Of a stretch of 62,000 nt of DNA, positions 1 through 9,869 are shown one piece after another; the stretch's first letter is position 1, and each line of letters opens with the position of its first letter. The notes beneath the pieces are model-generated. The model ran no database searches. It was given only the letters and a program-made list of their open reading frames with translations, and was not told the DNA's origin. The stretch is from Octopus vulgaris (Eukaryota), in contig OX597815.1 of the NCBI GenBank assembly GCA_951406725.2, positions 35,608,001 through 35,670,000 on the forward strand, read 5' to 3'. The position numbers and the translations under genes were made by a program.

Positions 1-59
1 TTTTATATATTCCTCACGAAAGTTTGCCAACCATCTATTTATTTGTATATAGATATTTA

Positions 60-300
60 GATGAACTTGCTAGTGAGATGAACCATATGTTAATCTAGGT
101 AAGATGTTTTCCATTCGTTCCGAAGAAGTTCTTACGTTTGCTCGGACATCTCCAGATGTGTTGCCACCAGCATACATAATAGATGACATGTCACACGATT
201 TATAGATTCTTGTTTTAATCTCTAGTTTGAAACTGTTAATCCCAATCTTTAATGGTTTTCCTATCCATACCAGCGACTGCTTTGATTCTTACGAGGTGAA
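60..300 (-). mobile_element. Highly degenerate RTE-type LINE ORF2 C-terminal fragment
   Basis: A minus frame reads LEIKTRIYKSCDMSSIMYAG, resembling the post-RT motif of RTE elements (L.TKIR.YKACV.S.LLYG); the rest is decayed. Confidence 0.35.
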
Positions 301-760
301 ATAAATATCGAAGATGCTTATAGTACCACGAAGAAACTACAGGAGCTACTCGGAAGGTTTGGAAGCTCTTCTCTTAAATCCATTGCCATGTTGGAAACCC
401 TTCTGTATCATCAGCACGTATATCAGGGTCACAACCATTTCGCTTGTACACTTCGCATGAGTTAGACAGCGAGAACTAAGTTAGACGTCGCCTGTGGAAG
501 GGTTCTACCCGCGGTCTCTTGAGCTGGTTTCAGCTGTCATGACTATCTCCTTGGTGTTAACGATTTTGTCATATATTTTGGTAGACATATTTATCGATGG
601 CGGTAAAACGTAGTAAAAACTGTTTCAGTATACAAAAGGAAGGGAAAGTACTCAATACATGCTGTAGAGTAGGTTCCCAGATGATTATTTCGCTCCGACT
701 ATACCCTAGTCAGCATATCTCGCAACGTGCAATATTAAACAAAACAAAACTGTGTACGCG

Positions 761-762
<2 letters not shown>

Positions 763-796
<34 letters not shown>

Positions 797-825
797 CTCT
801 TGCTCTCTCTCTCTCTCTCTCTCCC
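763..825. repeat. Compound (CA)n(CT)n microsatellite
   Basis: Directly visible. Confidence 0.95.
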
Positions 826-1619
826 TCCAAGCTTCCATACATAATTACGTACATGTCTACCTACATACATATGATCATACATCCGTATGTACATACACAT
901 TTATGATACTAATAAATTGATATAAAAGTAGACACATACACACATTCATGCACTCACTCACATGATTGCTCATATCCGTAAAATACACATCGTTTAAAAA
1001 CTTAGATAAGGAAATTTTGACCTCCCAATTACATATATACACATATACATTCAACACTCTTAACTATTTCATACATGACATACAGGCATACATACCCCAC
1101 ACACACACACTCACATAGCGTGCACGCATACACAGATTCTGGATTCCATAATTGCTCTCTGTCTGTCGCATAGATATCTACCATGAAACCAGTTCCAATA
1201 TGGCGAGGTTAAGCATTAGCCATTAGCGTTTAAGCTACCGTGTAGACAATCTTGTTTACATCTTAATGAATAATTTTCTGTTATTGTTGCGCGTCATCTT
1301 GGCAGGAAGAGGCGAACGACCTTCGATGAGTTGTTAAAAAGCAAAGAAATTGATTAGTTGCATTTTGATCCCAAGCTGCCGGAAGTCTCTCGAAAGGTCT
1401 AATTTATAATGGAACTAAATACATTAGAGTATAAGACTACATATTTATTTACTATTTAGAAATATAATCACTGCCAGGCTTCCATATGAAAGAAGCCTTG
1501 CAGTGATTATACGTAAGCGCTGCTTCCGCTCACACACACATACACACGCATACATTCACACGGTGACTGAGATTAACAGTTAATAGGCTGATTATTTTTG
1601 TTTGATTTGTATATTGTAT

Positions 1620-1847
1620 CTCTTTTATCTTTTTATTTGTTTCAGTCGTTAAACTGCGGCCATGCTGGGGCACCGCCTTGGAAAATTTTGAGAACAATGA
1701 ATCGATCCCAGTACTTATATCTGATTTTATTTTAAGCTTGGTTCTTATTCTATCAGTCATTTTGCCGAACTGCTAGATTACGGGACGTAAACACACCAAC
1801 ACTGGTTGTCAAGCGACAGGGGAGATAAACACAGATACGCGCGCGCG

Positions 1848-1886
<39 letters not shown>

Positions 1887-1975
1887 ATATATACATATAC
1901 AACAGGACTGTTTAAATTTTCGTCTCCCAATTTCACTTAGAAACCCGGAACCATTTGGCTGGGAAGTAAACTTCT
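1620..1975 (-). mobile_element. SINE family A (tRNA-derived, internal microsatellite), degenerate copy
   Basis: Matches the 3' half (ctgcggccatgctgg..., gacgtaaacacacc) and part of the 5' half of the better copies at 41708 and 51129. Confidence 0.8.
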
Positions 1976-2292
1976 TATCACACAGCTTGTGTTTATTTTA
2001 GCAGAATACTTTGTTATAATTATTGCTGGCATCACTAATCGTTTATTCTAAATTGATGCATTTGGGATTTGAAAACAAAAAGGTATTAATTTCATACTCG
2101 AGAGAACTATCATGGGTATGGAACCGCCTTATGAGTGTGAGCACATACCTTCGCCATTAGAGTCTGACGAGTCAGCCGTAGGGCTGAGCCTTTATATATA
2201 CGAAACCATTGGTCACGCTATGGCCGGATATATACTTAATTGCATATAAATAAATTACTGTTCTATGCTTTAGAGTGTGCCTATTTTTCGGA

Positions 2293-2329
<37 letters not shown>

Positions 2330-2360
2330 ATATATATATATATATATTATACACTGGCGG

Positions 2361-2409
<49 letters not shown>

Positions 2410-2539
2410 CTCTCTCATGCACCAAATAGCAGTTGCTAAAAAGCCTCCATGAAGTGAAACCAAGTAGCAACACCAAATGGCGGTGCCCCAGCATGGCCAC
2501 AGCTCATAAGCTGAAACTAGAATCAATCAATCAATCAAT

Positions 2540-2608
<69 letters not shown>

Positions 2609-2612
<4 letters not shown>

Positions 2613-3130
2613 GTGAAGGGAAGAAGTGGAGCCGAACGAAGATTCTACAAAATTCCTTTTTATTATTTTCTACACATGTTTCAAAGGCTGCAAATTCCCA
2701 AATTCGGATTGTATAAGGAGACCATTCTGCAGCTTTCTCTTCAAGAAAATCCAGGTGCCATTTTTACCATGGGCTCCTAGGGAGCGTTTTGTTCGAAAAG
2801 CTTGCTGCGCATTTGTTTTGAGATTTTAAATTCCTGGATTTTCCTGAAGAGAATGCTGCAGAATGGTCTCCTTATTCAATCCGAATTTGGGAATTTGCAG
2901 CCTTTGAAACATGTGTAGAAAATAATAAAAAGGAATTTTGTAGAATCTTCGTTCGGCTCCATTTCTTCCCTTCACTAAATATATAAAACTTCAATTATCC
3001 GCGCTAAAGCACGGGGGCGAAACCCCATGGTCGTAACCTCAACCGTGTCTTTTCTGGTGTGATTTTTGCTACACAGGTATCGGTTAAATTTTGAATAATC
3101 CATAACAAGATAATTCATTTATCCATTTCA
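2609..3130. repeat. Asymmetric fold-back element (~150-bp inverted arms, ~75-bp spacer, ~145-bp unpaired tail) inside (TA)n
   Basis: tttagtgaagggaag...aaaatccagg (about 2609-2755) is the near-exact reverse complement of cctggatttt...cccttcactaaa (about 2833-2980); TA tracts lie on both sides. Confidence 0.9.
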
Positions 3131-3131
3131 T

Positions 3132-3187
<56 letters not shown>

Positions 3188-3895
3188 ATTATATATGTTT
3201 TGGGCATTATTGGCTCAGACTTTGACTAATTTAATACAATCGATTAAGTAAATATCCTAGTAAATAGTTGTTGTTGACTAAGATATATTCAGGTATACGT
3301 AGTTTGTCCAGATATCGTTTGAAAGTTATGAGATCTTTATATTTGACTTTGTTTTCGAGGGAGGGGGAAAACGAATGCATCGACCCCAGTACTCAACTGG
3401 TGCTTATTTTATCGACGCCGAAACGATAAAGATTGTTACCGCTAAGCATTTCGCCCGGCGTGCTATAAGGAGACCATTCTGCAGCTTTCTCTTCAAGAAA
3501 ATCCAGGTGCCATTTTTACCATGGGCTCTAGACCCCGAAAGGATGGAGCGTTTTGTTCGAAAAGCTTGCTGCGCATTTGTTTTGAGATTTTAAATTCCTG
3601 GATTTTCCTGAAGAGAATGCTGCAGAATGGTCTCCTTATTCAATCCGAATTTGGGAATTTGCAGCCTTTGAAACATGTGTAGAAAATAATAAAAAGGAAT
3701 TTTGTAGAATCTTCGTTCGGCTCCATTTCTTCCCTTCACTAAATATATAAAACTTCAATTATCCGCGCTAAAGCACGGGGGCGAAACCCCATGGTCGTAA
3801 CCTCAACCGTGTCTTTTCTGGTGTGATTTTTGCTACACAGGTATCGGTTAAATTTTGAATAATCCATAACAAGATAATTCATTTATCCATTTCAT

Positions 3896-3951
<56 letters not shown>

Positions 3952-4198
3952 ATTATATATGTTTATGTTTGGCATTATTGGCTCAGACTTTGACTAATTT
4001 AATACAATCGATTAAGTAAATATCCTAGTAAATAGTTGTTGTTGACTAAGATATATTCAGGTATACGTAGTTTGTCCAGATATCGTTTGAAAGTTATGAG
4101 ATCTTTATATTTGACTTTGTTTTCGAGGGAGGGGGAAAACGAATGCATCGACCCCAGTACTCAACTGGTGCTTATTTTATCGACGCCGAAACGATAAA
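2713..4198. repeat. Near-identical ~720-bp tandem duplication (2713-3432 and 3465-4198)
   Basis: Both copies run from ataaggagaccattct to gaaacgataaag and differ by short indels. Confidence 0.9.
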
Positions 4199-4344
4199 GG
4201 ACAAAGTCGACCTCGGCGGAATTTGAACTCAGAACGTGACGAGGGACGAAATACCGCTAAGCATTTCGCCCGGCGTGCTAACGATTCTACCAGCTCGTTG
4301 CCTTGTTTCCGAATAACATTCTTTTCTATTCTAGGTACATGGCC

Positions 4345-4898
4345 CGAATTTCTGGGTATGGAGGCCAGTCGATTAGATCGATCCAGTATGCAACTGGTAC
4401 TTAATTTATCGACCCCGAAAGGATGAAAAGCAAAGTCGATCTCGGCGGGATTTGAACTCAGAACGTAAAGACAGACGAAATACCTATTCCTTTACTACCC
4501 ACAAGGGGCTACACACAGAGGGGACAAACAAGGACAGACAAACGGATTAAGTCGATTACATCAACCCCAGTGCGTAGCTGGTACTTAATTTAACGACCCC
4601 GAAAGGATGAAAAGCAAAGTCGATCTCGGCGGAATTTGAACTCAGAACGTAAAGACAGACGAAATACCTATTTCTTTATTACCCACAAGGGGCTAAACAC
4701 AGAGGGGACAAACAAGGACAGACATAGGTATTAAGTCAATAACATCGACCCCGGTGCGTAACTGGTACTTAATTTATCGACCCCGAAAGGATGAAAGGCA
4801 AAGTCGACCTCGGCGGAATTTGAACTCACAACGTAACGCAGACAAAATACCGCTAAGCATTTCGCCCGGCGTGCTAAAGTGTCTGCCAGCTCGCTGCT
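4345..4898 (-). mobile_element. SINE family B head plus three head-to-tail body units (period 184 bp)
   Basis: The junction gacgaaatacc|tattYcttta occurs at 4484 and 4668; there is a single 5' head (gcatttcgcccggcgtgc...gccagctcg) near 4856-4895. Confidence 0.9.
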
Positions 4899-5040
4899 TT
4901 GTTTCTGAGTAATATTAAGAAGGGAATAAAAACGCATGGCCTGTTGAGGAAAAGTAATTGTGTTGCAATGCGATTATGTTTGGTGAACCTGGATTGCGTA
5001 TAGAGGAGAATCCGAGCCTTTCCTGACCATTTGTGTAGAC

Positions 5041-5274
5041 CAGTGGTTCTTATATATATAAGATTTTATTGTTCGAATTTATGTGCAATGAATTGTTTAT
5101 ACTTCTACAATACGCAAGATACTGTAATTTTGGTGGGACAGTTCCTAATAATATTTAATTTATAAAAATACAGTTAGATAATTTTTTTATATACAGTAAA
5201 TAACTATGGAGGTCCAGTAAAGTTAATAAAGGAATCACAGGGGTCCATAGGCAAAATATGGTTGAAAAACACTG
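5041..5274. mobile_element. hAT (Charlie-like) non-autonomous element, decayed
   Basis: Termini CAGTGGTTCT and GGTTGAAAAACACTG; the 8-bp flanks gtgtagac and ctgcagat resemble the Charlie NTCTAGAN target. Confidence 0.55.
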
Positions 5275-5384
5275 CTGCAGATAGTCAACGGCCGATGAGT
5301 TTGACGTGGCTATAAGTTCTTAGGACTCTACCCAGATACATACATACATGCATACATACATACACACGTACGTACGTACGTAGT

Positions 5385-5640
5385 GAATAGCTTCCTAGAT
5401 TCTTAGTCAAGATTCGAACCCCTACGAGGTCCTTCCTATTCTTCTCGGCACTTGCGCTAATTTTTCGTTTCTTAGCTGCCTTGACCTAAGTTTGACTTGA
5501 ATGGTTAATGAAAGAAGAGAAACTAATATGTATGTGGCAGTAGACTCTCAAAAACTCGTTCTTGAAGAAAAAATGCCGAGAATAATAGAAAAGAATTCGT
5601 AGAAAAATCTAGACTGAGTTTCGAATCTAGGAAGCTATTC
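5385..5640. mobile_element. Unclassified MITE with perfect 18-bp TIRs
   Basis: gaatagcttcctagattc (5385-5402) and gaatctaggaagctattc (5623-5640); no clear TSD. Confidence 0.6.
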
Positions 5641-5817
5641 GAGGTTGGTAGGTAGTGTAATCTTTGTTTTTAATGTTCGGTAATAATAAAAACAATTTTA
5701 CTGTAATCTTATGGGTTACTATATACATTTGTAGAGTACAAATTTATTATTCTTATACAAGAATGTTGTTGACAGTGACTTCGAAGTTTCGGCCAGCTAA
5801 GCAATCGTCGAACTGCA

Positions 5818-5819
<2 letters not shown>

Positions 5820-5900
<81 letters not shown>

Positions 5901-5975
5901 TGTATGTATGTATGTATGTATGTATGTATGTATGTATGTATGGATGGATGGATGGATGTATGTATGTATGTATGT
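5820..5975. repeat. (TA)n(TATG)n(TGGA)n compound microsatellite
   Basis: Directly visible. Confidence 0.95.
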
Positions 5976-6412
5976 ATTATTATTTTTTTTAAGAAAAAAG
6001 ATAGAGTAGGAGTGTGCGATTGTTAATGAGCACATTACATGTGCTCAGTGGTGGACAACATTGACATAAGTACAATCCACTGCGTTAAGGGTGTATTGCA
6101 TTCCTGAGTTTGCCGCAGGGCGAAATCGTGTAATGAGGAATTAATTTTCTCATTGATTTTACAAACGGTTTTGAAAAAAGAAGAAAAGCTTCAGAACCTC
6201 TTTTAATTATGAAAATATTTTCAAGATGTAGATAGTACAATATATTTATATAAAAACATTTGAAAATAAATACATTAGAGACTAGGCATGACTCATAATA
6301 TTCTAAAGGGGTACGTTTTTACTTCGAAAGATGTTGACTAAAGTGTGAGGATGCGGGACACTATCTTCTTCCGTACAGTTTAATCATCATTAATATCTAG
6401 TTGATTAGTAAG

Positions 6413-6620
6413 GTGGCGAGCTGGCAAAATCGTTAGCACGCCGGATAAAATGCTTAGCGGCATTTCATTCATCCTTACGTTCTGAGTTCAAATTCCCCCG
6501 AGGTTGACTTGCCTTTTATCCTTTCGAACTCGATAAAATAAGTACCAGTTGAGCACTGGGGTCGGTGTAAATCGACTTCTCAACTCCTCCAAAATTGCTG
6601 GCCTTATGCCAAAATTTAAA
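6413..6620 (+). mobile_element. SINE family B, older subfamily
   Basis: Head ggtggcgagctggc...ttagcacgccgg and B-box-like gagttcaaattcc; tail aaattgctggcc. Confidence 0.85.
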
Positions 6621-6785
6621 ATCAATATTTAGATAGGGCGTGAAGAACTTATCCATAGTTGTTTGATATTTATGGTGCATCATCCTCAATGGTGGAACTA
6701 TCCACTTTGTAGACACCACATATAATCTTTTTTTCCTTCCCGATTGCGGTCGTTATCAGCAAAAACTTAAATGCCCTCTGGTGCT

Positions 6786-8032
6786 ACTATAGTGTGATAT
6801 CTACCTTACTATTTGTGATCTACCGTAAATGGCAATGCACTCTACCAAACAACCCACTTACGGCCTTCAGCAATTAATTCTAAGCTATTTAGTTGTTCAC
6901 ACTAGCACCATGCTGGCCAGAGACTTTTACTCAAGTGATGATGAAACGGTGTCTTTTTTTGAGAGAGCACAATCTTATTGACCAGGTAGGAAATGTGTCT
7001 CCTTGTCATAAATGCGGGACACAAATGAAAAAAAAAAAAGAAAGAGGATTAGAACCGGAGAATTCTGGCCAATATTGAGATGTCCAAATAAAAGGCGCCA
7101 AGCTCAGTTCGGGAAGGAAATCAGTTTTTGCACTATACCGTCTTAAATGGGAAGATGAATAGCAGATTGAATGTGTTAAAATTTTAGAATTATTGTCCTA
7201 TTTTATTCACGAAATCCTGATGAGTACTTTACTGGAAAGTTGCCTACTACTATTACAGACTGGTTTAATATGTGTCGTGAAGTTTGTAGCGTGATAATAT
7301 CACACCAAACGAGGAGTGAAATGATTGGTACACAGGAAAATCCTATACAGATCGACGAGGCATGGTTTGCTGGTTGTTGTAAATATAACTGTGGTCGTAT
7401 GTTGACTGGTGATCAACCTCCGAACTCAAAGGAATCTGATGACGAACTTAGAAGAACCATGGGGCATAAATGGCCCCTGAGTTTTTGGTCTGTAAAATGG
7501 GCTTGATTGTCGGTACTTTTATGTTCAACGAAGAGATAGGGTCACTTTGATTCCTATCATAGAACGTGAATGTAAGCTTAGCTCTATGAGTAGCCGTCCT
7601 ACCGTTGCTTAAAGAATATCGGCTATCAGCACAAAACCGTCAATCATCAAGTGTATTATATGGACCCGACATCAGGACCTCACATACAAGCTTTTGAGCG
7701 ATCGTGGCTTGAGGCCAAGATTGAAATATTCAAGAAAAAAAAGAAGCGTACCTACTCAACATTTTCAATCACTTTCGGATCATTATTGTTGGAAAATACT
7801 TAGGAAGAACGATGACCTGTTTACTGCTTTTTTTTAATGATATCAGATCAGTTAACAAACACTAAAATCAATATCTGATGATTTAAAAAAAATTATATAT
7901 AATGTGTTACTGATTTTGAATAAATTTTACACAAGCTGTTTGTTATACTCCTTTCTTCTTCTAGTATAAATGTTTAATGATTTTTAACATATTTCACATT
8001 ACCAACATTTGGTAGATATCATATCATGGTAG
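6786..8032 (+). mobile_element. Merlin / IS1595 (ISXO2)-like DNA transposon with disrupted transposase
   Basis: Translated pieces MIGTQENPIQIDEAWFAG..KYN.GRML, RRDRVTLIPIIEREC and YQHKTVNH..Y.DPTSG.HIQAFERSW match ISXO2 DDE motifs; imperfect 22-bp TIRs (ctactatagtgtgatatctacc vs reverse complement of ggtagatatcatatcatggtag, 18/22). Confidence 0.85.
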
Positions 8033-8039
8033 AAAATTA

Positions 8040-9164
8040 ATGGCGCGCTTAAAGTAGAATTTCGCCGACTTAGGATCTTACCACACTTGTGTGTTACTGA
8101 AATGTTTAACAAAATACTTAACTATTTAACATAGTGAGATGAATATTAGATGACTCACTAAAACCTTCATATAAATGAATAATTTTGACGTCAGTTTCCT
8201 ATCAGGGAACACATTTCAGTTGATCGTCAACAACGTCTCTCTTCTGTCTGCCATCCCTTCTCTCTTTTATGTGTGTGTTTGACATAAATACAGAAACGAA
8301 TACCTCACTAAACTAGAACATCAAAAGTCATGATTCTCACGATCCTCCAGTAAATTTCCCATAATTTTATAGGTTCCGAAATACCGCCAGAAAAACTAGC
8401 TGTGATAATAGGCCATCGATGTACACAGTCGTAAAGGTGCTTGACCTCTGCTTAGGATATTGCATTCATGATCACAAAATCTTGATTTCGATTCTACCAA
8501 CTTCACTTAAATTGATTGCAAAGAATATTACAAACGTTTTGGCATTTATAGAGGAAGGTGGGTGCTACTATTGTATATCCAACATCCATTATGTAGATAT
8601 ACTATAGTAGAAAATGGATGTTGGATATACAATAGTAGCACCCACCTTCCTCTACAAGTGCCAAAACGTTTGTAATATTCTTTGCAATCAATTTAAGTGA
8701 AGTTGGTAGAATCGAAATCAAGATTTTGTGATCATGAATGCAATATCCTAAGCAGAGGTCAAGCACCTTCACGAGTGTGTACATCGATGGCCTATTATCG
8801 CAGCTAGTTTTTCTGGCGGTATTTCGAAACCTATAAAATTATGGGAAATTTACTGGAGGATCGTGAGAATCATGACTTTTGATGTTCTAGTTTAGTGAGG
8901 TATTCGTTTCTGTATTTATGTCAAACACACACATAAAAGAGAGAAGGGATGGCAGACAGAAGAGAGACGTTGTTGACGATCAACTGAAATGTGTTCACTG
9001 ATAGGAAACTGACGTCAAAATTTATTCATTTATATGAAGGTTTTAGTGAGTCATCTAATATTCATCTCACTATGTTAAATAGTTAAGTATTTTGTTAAAC
9101 ATTTCAGTAACACACAAGTGTGGTAAGATCCTAAGTCGGCGAAATTCTACTTTAAGCGCGCCAT
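8040..9164. repeat. 1.12-kb near-perfect palindrome (arms 8040-8590 and 8613-9164, 22-nt loop)
   Basis: The arms are reverse complements with about 7 substitutions and 1 indel by eye; the mirrored ORFs 8419-8607(+) and 8602-8784(-) are a by-product. Confidence 0.97.
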
Positions 9165-9249
9165 ATAAGCCCGCATAATTTTTTAATTCTTGGTTTCAGA
9201 AAACTTGTGTACTCAGAATTTGTGTACTCCACACGGGAATTCACACAAC

Positions 9250-9826
9250 TATATATGAATATAAGTATACATATATATATATATATATATACATACACAT
9301 ATATATATATACACACGCGTATATTCACACATATATGTATACACACACGCACACACATATATATACACAAACAAACACACATATATATACACATATATAT
9401 ACATATATATACACATATATATATACATATATATATATACACATATATATACACATGTATATATACACATATATATATACATATATATACACATATATAA
9501 ACATATATACATATATATACATATATATACACACACATAAATATATATACACATACATATATATATATACATACATATATATATATATATATATACATAC
9601 ATACATATATATATACACATACATATATATATATATATACATATATACATATATACATATATACACATACATATATATATAAACATATATACACATACAT
9701 ATATATACACACACACATATATATACATATATATATACACATATATCTATACATATATCTATATATGTATGTATATATATACATATATATATAAATACAT
9801 ACATATATATACACATTTATACATAC

Positions 9827-9857
<31 letters not shown>
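9250..9857. repeat. Long degenerate (TA/CA)n microsatellite
   Basis: Directly visible; source of several spurious ORFs. Confidence 0.97.
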
Positions 9858-9858
<1 letters not shown>

Positions 9859-9869
9859 TGATGTGAATA

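Noticed and set aside
2990-3045. Hammerhead candidate (GAAACC-ccau-GGUC)
   Set aside because: Stem III and GUC fit, but there is no CUGANGA, stem II or stem I.
8419-8784. Pair of near-identical opposite-strand ORFs
   Set aside because: A mirror consequence of the palindrome; no protein motif.
9152-9816. Long YI/CV/HT-rich ORFs here and at most microsatellites
   Set aside because: Dinucleotide and tetranucleotide repeats lack stop codons; artefacts.
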